Of a stretch of 64,000 nt of DNA, positions 40,901-55,500 are shown piece by piece. The DNA lies in NCBI GenBank assembly GCA_036172245.1, contig JAYWIR010000013.1:1240001-1304000 (forward strand), in the 5' to 3' direction. Under the pieces are notes generated by a model. That model was not told the origin of the DNA. It saw only the letters and a program-made list of their open reading frames with translations, and did no database searches. The position numbers and the translations under genes are program-made. Within the stretch, counting starts at the first letter, position 1; the number at the start of each line of letters is the position of its first letter. Source of the DNA: Raillietiella orientalis. Taxonomy: Eukaryota.

Positions 40901-42914
40901 CCCTTTACTACATTACACTGAGGATGCCTGAATACCAGAATGGGGCCCTGATTCACTAAAGTCACGATATAAAGTACGTGAGACCTGTGAAGCCTCATGT
41001 ACTTTGAAGGGAAGCTCCTTTCGAACATTCAAATCCACAGCAACTATGAGTTCGGTAAGTGTGAAGATAAAAATTTCTAAACTAACTAAAAATAACTCCT
41101 CTGAATTCGAATGCAACCAAAAAAAATTGCAGCTCTTATGTTAGGGACCCTTAGTGAGTTAAATGCAGATAATACAGTATATAGCAAAGCTGGCAGAGAA
41201 CTAATTCCAAGACTATCTAATTAAGGATCTTCTAAGTATCAGAAGCTGCAATGTTCTACTAGACCAAATGTATTCCTATTTGGGATGCAAAGATAACTCA
41301 GGAAATGAAAGAACCAGTGGAAGCAAAGTATCTTAAGGCCACAAAAGCATTCCCATTATCATGGGAATGCTTTTTTACATTCTACTCTGATTAATAAAAA
41401 CGCAAGTGCTCTGGACGACTGTCAAGTGCAACAACTACAATACTTATAGCTGATTGTTTGTTTACAAAAAGCATCAACTAACTAAGCAACCCATGTCCTA
41501 TGTAACTGATGCAATTCAGCAACTATCATTGTGCTCTATTGCCTGCAAAATACTGAATGGGCAAATACTCCACTCAAATCTAAGGTTAGACAGCTAAAAT
41601 CTAGTCAACAGGAGCTAACAAAGAAAGTTATATTCAGTGGATGTAATTCAAACTTTCAAAATTAAACACAACATCATGAAGAGGAAAGACATATCACAGA
41701 GGTCCAAGAAACAAACATTCTATGTTTTCTCAAAACATGGATTCAAAAAGATGCCTCATTGCATGTCAATTTTTTTAAAGCAAGAAAACAATGAACACTC
41801 CACCCTCTGTATTAAAGGATGGAAGATTCGTGTGAGAATTTCGATCTCTTTATGAAGAGCATATCTTCAGATGCCAGGTAGCTAGACAAGTAAATAGAAA
41901 TCATTTAACAAGAGAGAAAAAAAAAAGGGGGAAACCTTGGTTAACAGGAATGTTGCTCAAACCTCCGCAAAGAATAAAATTGTCAAAACAGTTTTCAATG
42001 CTTAATAAAGTATTTAACTCGAAAAATATTATGAGAAAGTGATTCATTGACTGCATGATGATTTACCAAATATGAGTAAATAAAAGCTAAGCTTAAGCAG
42101 AGGCTTCACAGCCTTCCAAAGATTGGTTATCAAAACAAAGTCTTACAACCGAGCAAGCTTAACACTTTTGATTTAATTGCATACTGAAAACTTCACCAAC
42201 TTCTCATAAGTTGTTTGAATGTCACAGTTCTGATGCTCCAAAGGGTTTTTACAATTTCCTTGATTGTAAGCAATACCCAAATCGCTGGCAACAAAGCAGA
42301 AATAAGTTGATGCACACCCAAAACAAAACAGAAGCAAAAAGCAGTTCTCCATTCCATCATGGGATTCCTAATGGTAGGAATTTTTTTTTTTTATTATCAA
42401 ATCATAAGCGTTGACCGAAAAATCTCATTCTGATGGATGCCGATAGTCCAAAATGGAATTCCACCATTATAGTGTGCAATTCAGTCTATCGAATCGAGTT
42501 CCTCCTAAAACTGAAGCACGGGTTAAACGAAACCAAGGAAAAACCGAAACCCACAGTTTCACCGGTAAACGCCAAGAAATAAATGAAACCATGTGTACGT
42601 AAAACTCCGAACAGACGATATCAAACCTAAGCATACAATAGAATTTCGCGTTTTTAATATCAACAAGAACGGGTACTTCTTTTCATTGCTGGGACATCAG
42701 TTCTTGGTGTAGCAATATGTACGAAATGAATACCTTCCGGTGCTTGCTCTGTACAAATAACAGGGATCTTCAGCAGGTTCGCAGTTTCCAGTAGTCTCAG
42801 TTGTACGGAAACAATTTCATTAAAGAATTTCGACACGTTTCTAAATTTCTCTTGCATATCACATAACATAAAGGCAGTTCTATTTGCCAGGAGCATACTG
42901 CTTTTCCCCTGCAT
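37904..42914 (-). CDS. Isochorismatase domain-containing protein (ISOC1/ISOC2-like), 4 exons, 195 aa
   Basis: Exons 42914-42734, 39497-39382, 38291-38161, 38063-37904 (588 nt, phases consistent). Motifs: [86 protein letters not shown]. Confidence 0.92.
41343..41374. repeat. Perfect 14-bp-stem inverted repeat in ISOC intron 1
   Basis: AAAAGCATTCCCAT-tatc-ATGGGAATGCTTTT. Confidence 0.8.
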
Positions 42915-45900
42915 ACTTGAACGTTACTTTTGGTGAGCAAAGGTAAACAGGTTCACAGAACACGCTATCCATAACCCATTTGGACAATACTAACACGGTA
43001 TCTTAATGGTAACGATAAATCCCTATTCCTACCAAAACTATTGGAAAACTAATATAAGAAAGGTTTTCATTTTCTAATATTTCTTTTTTAAGGTTTGCAC
43101 ATACCAAATGCCGGTGGATATTGCAATCCTCAATAACAGTCTATTCAAAAATCCAAAGTACAAAAGCAATAAAATTTGGTTACGTTGCGAGAACTTGTAT
43201 CCCTGAGGCATAATTCAGTCTACCTAGCTGAAATCAAATGCTATCGACAATTTTTATATGCTGTTTTCTTTCACGGTAATACAAACAATTTGAATATTCT
43301 CCTATTTCCAAGAGTCTTCAATCTCTAGAGATGGTACACTTCAGAACACAGTTGAGATTTGAAAGAGATTTGTACTTTTTGAAAAATAGTTTCAGAGTAT
43401 CCAACTTTCGCAGCCTTGGAGAAACTATTTCAATGCACACAGATTGATGCATGCTTTTAATCATTACGAAGAATTCCATCAAACTGCAAACATTTAAGCT
43501 CTTTAAAATCATGGAATGTAGATATAATATCAGGGAAAGAGACAATATTATAACAAAATATCAATTTTCGAATGGTCTTATGAACCTTTACATGGAGAAT
43601 TAAAGTGCAAGTATAATTCGAGTTCCTGTTGACTTAAGTTTTCCAGGCTCCTCTTAAGAGTAAAACTTTCGTGATTTGCCTATGTAATTATATAATGAAC
43701 CCATTCACAATATTTCTCGTTTCATGATATATGTTTCAAAAGATATTTGAGTAGATGAACAAAACATATTTAAGTACCTAATTCCCTATCAGTAGAAACT
43801 GATGATCTCAGCTTGCTCTACCTATTAAAATTGCACTGTTCAAAACAGATGGCACCATGTTCTACCTTAATGGAAGATAAATTAGGAAACAGATGCAGAC
43901 TTATTTCTCTTTAGCAAATGTTCATCTGAGTGTGGTCTTTCGGAAAAATTACGTATTAAAGATGCTTGTACCATCTATCTTGACAGCTATCTTAATGGAT
44001 ATACAGTCTTGAAAATCAGTGTATACAAATATATTGTGAATTCATATCTTTTTTTTTTTTAATATAAGGAACATGCAGCCATTATCAGTTATCGTAATTT
44101 TGTGAAAGGAGTTGAGCCAAAAGCAAGAACATGTCAAGAAGTAATTTTCTGTTCATTACACAAGAAGAGCAAAGGATTACTTTAAGTGAAGTGTTTTGTT
44201 TATATTCCAGAGTAAACAGTAATGGAGGAGTAGGAATACTTTAAAATAGATCCTTTCCTTGACATGAAGTGTTGAATATTTTGTTGATTCCTCTCTATTT
44301 TTTTCAAGATTTTGCTTTGTGTCACACGCATTATTGTAGTGTATCACGAAATCATTCATAAAATTTGCAATTCTGTCAAAGTTAAACTTTTTCCAATCTA
44401 TTAAATGTTGCTGAAATGTTTTTTCATTCATAAAAGATTGTTTATTGAAATTATGAATTCCTTTCAACTGTTTCTGACTCTTAGTGACTAATTCGCGTTA
44501 CTGGACTTTGTTGTGTGATGCTTGCACGTTATTAAATTAGAAAATTCATTTTCTAAAAAAGTGGCTTTCAGATATCCCTTTTCCAAATCACAGAGCACGA
44601 AATTTTGACCATTATATAGATGAAGTTTTTTAGCTTATTCGTTTACGGTCTAATGGGAATTGTGAGTATATCCTCAAAAGAGAAATAGTCTGGATTTGTG
44701 CAGATGTTACATCTTCTGTCAGAAGGCTTTCGTAAGCGCTTCGGATACAGTGCACGCGCAAAAAGCAAAACTTTGTTCCATTATTGACCATTTGCAGAAT
44801 GCTTTCTGATAAACTTGTTTTTTTTTTCCATTATTTCTGGTTAGATAGATTTTGTAGTTCTTCGTATATTGTTAGTACACAAATTCTGTAAGTCATAAGT
44901 ATTACTTCAATCATTTGCATTTTTACATTACAATGTGCCATGAAAAAAGAATTGCCACACTTTCATGGCTAACTGCTTCGTAAGCTAAGCGAAATTCTCT
45001 TTCTGGAATTTGGTTTCTAAACCATTTGAAATGAGTGATTATTTTTCTATGCCATCTGAAATAGCTTGATCCAAAAATAATTGATTGGTTTTAAAGTCCT
45101 TTCGTTGATTTATTTGCAGAGAGGTTTTATTTAATAAATATTCCATACTTATTAAATAAACCTAATAAACCATTTTTAAAGTGTTTTATTTGTGTAATAA
45201 GGAAAGAGCTGTGATGATTTTATTTTGTCCTATTCAAAAAGTTGTAGTAGATGCTGTGAATAACCAAAAATTCAATCGAGTCGTTTTTCGGGTTTTTACT
45301 GAGAATCCTGCCTGAGCGATGTGAATTCTCAGAAGAATGTTTACATTGCGAACTCGCGATCGTAGTTGATATTGGTTATTATGCAAAAATACTTCCTGTA
45401 GTAACTCTTTTGTAGTGGTGTTTATTGTTAGCATATTTTGATGTTAGCATTGCGCTTCTGATCGACTGAGTAATGCGTTGTGTTAAAAAAATGTGTTTGC
45501 AAACCAAACCTACACTCGAGTAAGGTTCACTGATGATTTCTAGGAACTTCTGATTGGGAATTGTTGCAAATTGATGAGATTGTACAAATAAATAAATCTG
45601 TTGAGATATCAGATATTCTTCCATACATCAGTCATTGAAGTCTGAACTTTTTAAGTCATATTAAGTAAAAAATTCAACATGGAATATTGAAAATAGACTT
45701 GTGTACTCCAATTTCGAAAACCGTTCTCAAAAAACCCCGTTTAGTCAATTTACGTAAGTACTTTGTATTATGGAGTTATCATTTAAAGTGCAATGTATAA
45801 TAATATATTGAAAATATTTTATCAAAGAACGGCAATGGTTTTTTGGAAATTGGGTTTGCATAACTCCATTTTTTGATCTTTAGGATATAAAGAGGCATCT

Positions 45901-48900
45901 GTAATAAGCACGGAATCACAATCGGTTAGTGATGTGTTTAGAAAGCGATACCTATTATAATTAGTGATTCATTTGAGGATGGATCAGCTGTATTAGTAAA
46001 GAAATTTTTTAGATGTATTCATTTTTTCTAAATAAAGAAAATGAATTAAGTGCATCTGAAAGTACCTTTGACATATTATAAAAGCGCCATCTCCCAGATT
46101 GAATTAGTATTGTTATTTGGTGACACAATAGTAACATAAAAATACAATGCGTTTGGCCAGATATTAGAGATATTTTGAATCCCAGAGTTTTAATACTTTC
46201 CTTAAAATGCTAAGTGTTGTTTAATGTGAAACATAAATGACTTCAGCCAGAAAGCCAGCCAGTTAATGCACAAAATACGGCATCACTTTTTACTTCAATC
46301 AGTACAGTAATTGTGCTTTTCTTTTTGTGTTTTTATGGAACATTCATGTGATCACTTATTCCAACCAATGTTTATGTATTTAGCGATTCAGCTGCATTTG
46401 TAGTTGAAGAAAGAACTTTGGTAGTCTTAAATTTAGAGCATTGAATTCCAAAAGGATTCCAAAAAAAAGGATTTGTTCCGTTTCAAATATGCAGGTCTTT
46501 TCTACTTTGCATTAATCACTTGAATAAATAAAAAGAGAAATACAGGTTTGTTATATAGATGTCAAGAAGGTTTTAGAAGAGGCTTTTCTTTTCATTGTTC
46601 GTTATTCTTTAATGATTGCTTGATAGTTATTGGAGTTGCTGTTGAGATTTATCTTCATTATTCTACTGATTTGTGTACTATTCATTTTTTTGATGAATAT
46701 GAGATGTTTCAAATATTTAATTTGGAAAGCTAGCTGTGCGAGGTTTGATGAGAATGCAGTGACCAAAACTTAGGAGAGTTAGGATATATAATTGCACATT
46801 TGTGTCAAGTGATTGGATTCTTTAAAAGTCTCATACATTGCATTTATAATTTATAATATGTGTGTAATCTTGGAAACTTCACATTATCAAATGTATGTAT
46901 TAGTTGTATTTGAGTAATAAATTAATCTTCCACTGCGATTTGACAAGGACACTTTTACCTCAACATAGAGATAACATTTGATATCAAAAAGTTCGTGTTA
47001 ATCATTGTGAGCAGCATACAGGAAATTGAATAAATGCAGGCAGAAAACTATAACATTATGCAAATAAGGAAAATCTTATATACTCTACATCTTACTGTTA
47101 TAAATTTGATTTTCAATTGTTCCTCATCCTTGAAATTTGTACCATATCATTTGTTTTAATAATTTAGGAGGTTTCCTTAAATTATTTACATAGCATGCTG
47201 ATATTCATGTTTAATATTGAAGTATAATGTTCATTAAGAAAATCAAATACATAAGTGTAAAAAAAATTTGGAATACATGTTGTGTAGCCATGATTCAAGT
47301 GAATCACCAAGAGTTTTGATTCTTAAAACAGATGGTGTTAATAGTTTCAAGTGTGATATTATATTGATGATGCATTGTATAGTACTACTTAAGTGTTACA
47401 TATTTTGCTGTGACTGAGTATTCTTCTTGATAATTTCGCGATTATTGTTTCATTTTTAAATATTGAAATCGTTATTAATCAAACAGATTGTGGAACAAAA
47501 GATTTCAATGAAAGCACAGCAAAGTATTCAGAAATTCGATGTAGTATTGTGTTTAAACTATGCAGGGAAAAGGGCATTGAAGAAGTACATTTGCGATCAA
47601 GATGGAAAAGTTCTAGAGAAAACATCAAATAAGATTACATAAAGCTTAGGAAGAAAGTATTGTTTGAAGGTAATTGTAATCATTTTAATTTTAATAGGAT
47701 TGAATAATTCCTAGTCAATTAAAAATTTGGGTGTTATTCAAAAGTAATGAAGCTTATGTTATGAGGGCTAGATAGTAGTAGAAAAATTGATAGTGAGCAA
47801 TGTGAAAAATTGACCCAGTATGTAACAAGTTGCTTGAAAACTTCAAGGTAGATTACAACATGATTTCAACAAGAAGATGCATCAACACAATGCTAATGGA
47901 TTTAAAAACTAGAGATTTAAAAAGTGAAGCTGACATCAGAGCACAATTTTTATAGCAAGTAATCTTGCATAATTTTAAAATTGCTGGTTCCCATAGATTA
48001 TTTGTAATTATTGCTTTAAGTCATCATGATCTGCAAATTTTTTTGAAATAAAGTTACCCAGAATGTAATAATCTTAGTATCAAAGGAAGAGAATGTTCAG
48101 CAAGGAGTAAATGGCTCCCAAGTTACTTTCTAAAGATTTTGGTTAAAAATGATTGCCAATTTTGATTAATTTTAGTTTGTTGCTGTGATGGGCAGTACAC
48201 AGGTTGAGGTGGAACAGGGAATTGGAATTCTAAAGCACCATGAACTGTGCATGGGGGGAATGGAGAAGGGAAACGTAGTTTGCAGATCAAACAACGATGC
48301 CAAAAATTATAGCTAATTTTTCATCAAAGGAATCAGTAATTTTAGTTCTCAAAATGCAAAATGAATATTCAAAGAAAATGAAAAACTCATTTTGGTATTA
48401 AAGCTAATTTTTCAAAGAAATTGAAAGGAAGTATGAGATTAGAACTCTCTCCCCTTCTAAAGACAAAAAGCAAAAAACGAATCCATTGGAATATGAAAGA
48501 GATATTGAACTTTGAATTCTAAGATCTTTGTGGGATGCCTCAGAATGCAATTTTTATTCTTAAAGTTATTTAGTGAATGATGCTTCAAGTTGTCCAAAGA
48601 ATGATATGAAATTTAAATTTCTTGGAGAAGGGATGTGAGTTTTAAGAATGGTAAATGGGGGATAGGCAATAAATCACTCAGTGATGCAGCAATGATTATC
48701 TCATTTGAAGCTTTTTAGTGTAGATACATTTTAAAAAGTGTAGTGTCTTCCAAAAAAAAAAAAAAAAACTTATTAGATTCAAAATTATTGAAAAAAATGA
48801 GATATGTAATGCAATTTTCCCTACAAAACTTTGTATGAATGAAGTATGTGATTGTTTGAAAATACTGTGAAAAGTCATAATTTTTAGTGAAGCTCATTAA

Positions 48901-49577
48901 AATTCTGGATAGCAGTATATGAAAGTCCAACATAATGAAAGATACCTTAAGCAGGTGAATTATCTCTGAATGACACAGAGTTGATGTATAAGTGTGCTAA
49001 TTTTTTAAAGTTTTCCCTCTTAATTATTTGTGTGGCATGCTGTCTTTTTATTCAAGTGGTAAGAATGGTAAGTTTAAATGAGTATTCTGTTTATTGCTAA
49101 GTCAAGTGTTTAGGAATTGTAATTTCTGTAATTCAATTCATGTAATTATTAAGCTTAAATTTTCAAGTTAGAAAGTAGAATATAATTTGTGCAAGATAGA
49201 AATGTTCTGGATCTCAAGTCTTACAGAACATTTGCCAACTTAAAAATCGTATAAACTATCAGGAAATTTTTTTTTTGCAATATCTGTTTCATTTTGATGC
49301 ATTCCACTTCTAGTATTCATAATTCGTTTCTTAATTTTGTGACATTGTTCGTCAGAAAGCTATCCTTCTTTGAAGATTTGTAACAGTTTTTGGATTACAG
49401 ACAGAATAATATTTAAAGATTCTATATTTAAAAAAGAGTGGATTTGGTATTTAATAAATATAAAAGTTAAGAACTACATTTTAAACTTAGTATTCATTAT
49501 TTATTGACTGATTTGTAATTCCAGATTTATATAGAATCTAAAACTCACTGACAGCGGAAAGCAGGGCGGCTTTAAAA

Positions 49578-52500
49578 ATGACAGATTCTCCAAATTTGGG
49601 TAAACATGCTACTTGTGTGTGTGTGATTTTAGTGTGTGTGTTTTCTTTTTTTTTTTTTGCATTATGCATTCAAAAAATAGCTCATTTTTGATGAATTTAT
49701 TTTTATAGTATCTTTATATCGATCTTATTAAAGTTTTTCAGCATGCACAAATAGATTTTTGTTTCATTTCCTTTAAATTAGGTTCTGTGCTGATCCGGGT
49801 GTATTTTACCAAAATGTTTGTTACTGCAAGTTAAAACCTTCACTGAACATGAGGATTTTTTCAGTAGTATTTATTTTGTAATATGACGCTTTTTTTTTTT
49901 GTGATCAAATGCTAGCAGTACAAATTAAATATCCATTAAATCAGGCATATAAAAATTATTATGGCTTTAGTTTCAATTTATGAGTGGTCTTAAATTATGA
50001 AATAGAAGCTACATTTTTTTGTAGTCAAGGAACAGTTGTATAATAACGTAATCAAATTCATTATCTAATTCATTCCCAAGTTAACCAAAATTGGAAACCA
50101 TTTAGAACAATGAATTTGACATGACTGTGAGAAGTTTGATGATAAATGCTTTTTATTTTAATTGGTGCATGCAGTTTGAAGGATGTATCTTAGTAGGTAT
50201 TTGTTTAAACTAAGGAGCTTTAAAATGTTGTAATTAAATAGATTATTGGATGCAGACATACAATAAGCTATCCAAATAAATTATTAGATAAATCACTGAA
50301 GCTGTTATTTATTAGATAATCCAAATAAATTATTAGATGCAGACATAAAATAAGATGCAGCTTGTGATGCTTCATTAGATATTGTAGTTGGAAGAGGAGT
50401 GTTACAAAAGCTGGGTTGCAAACACTGAAACGAATTTTACAGACAGTTTTTCTCAGGACAAAACCGTGGGAAATTCCGCAGAAGTCTTATCGCATTTTTA
50501 TCTCACATTTACGTTCTTGTAGAATAAGCACTAGGTAAACACGATTTCTCTTAATTTCTGTTCACTCCTTCCATGGCTCTTTTTCTTTTGGCTGTGTGGT
50601 AAGTGCTGTCTTTGTTATTTTGTGCTACTGTATAGTACCTTAAATTCAAATAGAAGCTTTCGAAATTACCAAAGAGTCACTACCAAAGGTGAAATGGTAT
50701 TGGAACTCTCAGCTTTATCCACCCTCATTATTTTAAGAGAACTCAAGTAGTGATGAAAATGATCCTGGAATTACGGATGGCGTGTTTCATATTGATTAAA
50801 TCAGAAAATGAAAAACATTTAAGTTGAGGATTCACATATTCCGAATCTTGCTGAATGAGCATACCCGTATATTATTATCATTATTATTGCATAATGATTG
50901 TTCGATGATGAAAATTGAACTTTTTTAAAGTTTCTGCGAAGATTGATGAAGGTTTGTACTGATGGCATCTGGTGAAAGGTGGTTTGTGATTGACTGTTTC
51001 AGAATGTACAGTGGGCATCTCGTTGTGTGATTTTGTTCGATTTTTCTGTTAGACTCCGGTGATGCTCTTCACGTAGCATGCATTGGCCCATGCATTCCAC
51101 CTAAAGCAGCGGCTCCTATCTTGTTATTACGAGGAAAAGTGAATTCATAAGTCGAGGTTTATAGTCGAAATTTCATCATCCATTGCAAGTACGTTGATGA
51201 AACCTTTAAGATTTTTGCAAACCCCTGAAACGTATTTTTTGAGCATTTTTGCCTCTGAATGCTTGTCAGGAAGGTTTTAGTGATTTATTCATCAGCAGTT
51301 TGCAGAATGAGGACAGTGTTCTTGTGGTTGCCTGAGTTCAAGTGTTACGCAACATATTTGTTTTATTTGACTGCAATTCCTGCGGTGGTACCAAAATTAT
51401 AGCATGGCCACTTTTCAAGCATCAGCATTTCGTGGTTCCGTCCGACAGTCCCCATGATCGAAAATTTAGTTGCGTTGCTTCTTCACCAAATCGGCAGACT
51501 TAATACCGGATTGTGGACTGCTGCTTGCCAGCCACCCATCACGTGCTCCGTGAATCGTGTTGGCATCTTGAGTGCCTGGAGTCCTTGCGATTTTCAAGAA
51601 ATCTCTCATCTCACGGAACTGTCACAGTCTTTTTGCTTATCCCTGCATTTTATTATGAAAAAGGCACACACATTATAGAAGAAACTATGAAAGAATTGTG
51701 TTAGCACTCACTTAGCTTTTTGAGTTTGGTCGCGTGCATCTTCCGCAGCCATCCGTCGGATTCTTCAGACTAGTATTCAACTTTCAGCTAGCAGAGAATT
51801 CCTAATAACTAAAGTTGTAAAGCGCGGTAATCGAGTTGTGTTCCGAAAACCACTTTAAGAACCATTTTTCAGTCATTTCTATCAAGCGGATGATGGTACA
51901 TTACACCAAAAACGGGAATGTATTCATTATTATGCTGTATTTGCTTTGTTTTGCAAACTTCTGCTGGTGCGATCTAAGAACGAAGTGCTAGGCTATTTAG
52001 TATGAAATGTTCATCCATTCTCTGTAACACACGAAAACCTGTAATCGAAATCCATCGACTGAATTAATTACCAGGTCTCGGAAACAGTCTGAAGCCCTTT
52101 GCACGGAGTGCTACTGGTGATGACTCGCTTGCCCCGGCCATTATTTCTAGCAACAAGTCCGAGTTCTCAAGAGGGGTGTTCGTTCTGCCCCGAATTTTGG
52201 GTTTGACTTGTTTTGCAACAGCGTGTTGGCCTCATTGGCCAGTTGACGATTTCCGAAACCCGGACAAAGTTGTCGACTTCAAGGCTTTTAGTTTCTGTCC
52301 CCGTTTGTCGTTCCAATTGAACCGTATGATGTACTGCAGTATTCACCCAGCGAACTTAATCTCAACATGGGCTGATTTTTCTTACTGTTCCTCTGAGAAT
52401 ATGGTATAGTGTTTATCCGAAAATCCTGAGAAACAGTCACGTCTTGGACCACGTAACTCGGTTCAAAGAGTTCAACGTAGGTTGTTACCAATCTGTTGTT

Positions 52501-55500
52501 GATTTAAGGGAAATGCTGCTCGCTCCCTTTTTTGTGACCGATTCTCGAGTCACAGTGAGAGGGTTGACCAGTGCTTTAGATAGGAATGTGCTGCATTCAT
52601 TCCCAAGCTAGTTTTTTCACGGTGAGTAAACGTCTGTATAGAATACAGCGACTGTATCCCCCCGAAATCGGTGTTTGGTACTTGGAAACACTTTCCAATA
52701 ACAAGATGCTTTTCTATTTCCGATACAAGGGTGATGGGTGAAGATGACTGTATGTTTCTGTGCCCTGACAGAGTGCGATGTTGGACAGATTCAGCGCGAT
52801 TTTACCACGAATACAGAGAGTTTCGTGGCGCAGTCGACAGTAGTTAAGCCGTGTGACAATCTGCACTGCGTAAGACCTGGTTGACCTCTTCATTTGGTTA
52901 CTGTTTCTAGTCAGGAAAGACATGCAGCTTGCCAGTCCACTTATCCCAGACAAGCTGATGGAATCAATCAGTGATTGCGTAATTATTGCACCTCAGAAAA
53001 TCGAGGCTACTGAACTGCAGGCTACTGAAAGCGCAGCGAGTGGTAAACTATTTGGGTTTATCTTGGTGTCAACTGATCACCTTCGGCATTAGAACCTTTG
53101 TTTATTAATCAACCTATGTCTTGTGCAATACGACAGTTCCATCAGCTCGGTGGTAACAACGCACGTACCTTACTGCCTTGGATACTCCTTGCGGCATGGC
53201 TGTTTTTCAGAGTCTTCTAACGTTAATGTCATCTGATGTCAAATCGGAGAACCCATTTCTTGTACCTGTGACATTAAACGTGTGTCGTTGACTTCAGCTA
53301 TTTTTTTTTTTTGTGTGTGTGTGTGTATAGAATTATCTGCGTCATCTAGTGAGTGTGAAATTGTTCAACGCTTGTATTGTGTGCTAGCCATCTTCTCTTC
53401 ATCCCTTTGTTTGCCCTTCTTGTTGTCTAGGACGAAGGAATTGTATACATTTATAATACAGCCTTGATCACGATTAAATTGGGCTTCCGAACAGCCTAAG
53501 CGTGGACTCCACGAAACGAACAGTCTTTTCCCATAACTTGCGGCAAAATAATCAAAACGGTTCCTCCTTTTAAGAATATGGAAAAATACTAGCGTATGGG
53601 GAATAAGCCGGATTCGGATTGTGAGTAGTTTGCCCTAATGTCTTGTCTGGATATTCGTGTCATCCGTGTGAGCAATACTTCAGCGGCCTTTTGATTGACA
53701 GGTATTTCCGATCTGTGGAATTTCCTCGGAAGTAATTTTTGGCCTCTGGCTGCCATCCGTCTACATGAGAAGGTAACTTCCTGAAACCGTGCGACGATGA
53801 TGTGTGGGCCTGGTTGCGTGCTACACTTTGCGGTCTTCTCCCGTGTGCATTTCCGCCTCGACATGCTCATTTGTTTCCTTGTCTGTCTTTTTGCAACTCG
53901 CTTCCATGGAGCTAGCATCCGTTATTCAAGCAGGAAAAGGTTGGCATTAGCAGCAGCGTAGCGAATGCTCTGCAAACGCCATTGGAGGTTCCCCAGTGGA
54001 ATTGCTTTTAGCCCCGCGTTCATCGTTGTCGTCTACACACCGTCTGGCACCTTTCTGTCCTGTTTGCATTCGTGCTCTGGGAGTCCTGCGAAACTGTACG
54101 AAAAGCATCTTTGGCGATTCCTGCAGAAGATGGGAGGGGGGAGTGTTCTCACACTTGATTCTGGGTCTGTTAGTGATGGAAAGGCACTTTCCGGCCTCTC
54201 TTTGCGACTTGCATTTCATGGATTTCAGTCGGATGTGATCACCTCGGTCCAATCTGGGATGCGTCGCAATTTTTTCAGAATTTCGAGATTCTCATTCCTT
54301 TCGCTTCGCGGTGCAGTCTGAACTCCCCGGTCTCCTGACTCGTAAGGCAATCCTTCCCAACCGCTGTGATTTATCATTGAATTGCTCACCTGACCTATTG
54401 GGTAGCGAGGTGGGAGGCTTCATTCGATCATCACCATTTACTTTGCAGACGTGTTCCTCGTCTCTAAGCAACCACATGGTGTAGTAACCGCGTGCCCAAC
54501 AGGTGACACATAGCTCGTGCCTTACCGTGTACCACTTGATGCACCCAAAGTTTCTTAGGTGTGCCATTGAGTTACGAGCAGTGCAAAAGGATACCATTTT
54601 CAATCACGTGCTTTCAATGCATGGAACGCAAATTCAATCAAGGATGTGAACAATGTACACATGTACATTATTCACATCATGACTTGGCCTTGGCTGTGCC
54701 CTCGTACTGAGGATGCAGTTTGATGTGTGTGTGAGACTTTTGTCAACTGGTCGACTATTCTTTCATCCCTGAATGTGGACATGGTAGAAGTCGTACAGTA
54801 TTCGTTGCCTATGGAATTCGATATTAAATACGTGAGGCGTCGAAATTTTTATGGATTTACCCGTTTTCTTGTGTGCCCTTTCAAATTCTTATTCACTTTC
54901 TCGGTGGTCACCGTTGATTGTGCTGTCGAATCGAGACGAAACGCGTATTTATATTACAGGAGAAATCACGGACAGTGAGTTTGAAATCACAGCCGAAATG
55001 ATGGTGCACGATTATGACGACGAGAGGACTCTTGAAGATGAAGAGAACATGGAAGGAGGCGAGGATCCGCAAGTGGAGTTGCACTGTTTGCAAAAGGTAT
55101 TTTCAAGCCTATAGGTAATGAGAGTTTGGTTCTTTCACACCCCACGACACCGATTTGCGCTAATGGGGAACTTCGCTTGAGAACCTTGACGTGGACGGTT
55201 TCCACGGCCTGACTGGTGGTACTGAATGTTCTCATTCTCTGGCGAAAACCAGAACTCCGCCGCACAGCTGTAAAACCAGAACTGCTGGCAGAGAAGGAGC
55301 GGAGATCTTCCATCTTCCTAATGACCGTTCTTGTCGGTAATCGCACCGGTTGTATCAGTTCGCCCGGGCGATGTACCCTGCTGCATCGCATCCGTCGCGC
55401 TCCGGATGCTGCTTTCATCGTAGCGCGAAGACTTTCGAGTCCGGTAGGCCGAGGGACCATGGCGTGAATTTGCTGTACTGGGAGGCTATTCAGCGTGCGG

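Noticed and set aside
41140..41162. piggyBac-like right end GGGACCCTTAGTGAGTTAA
   Set aside because: I found no matching left TIR or transposase remnant.
44177..44467. 96-aa minus-strand ORF
   Set aside because: No recognisable motif, and adjacent minus-strand exon reconstructions ran into stops.
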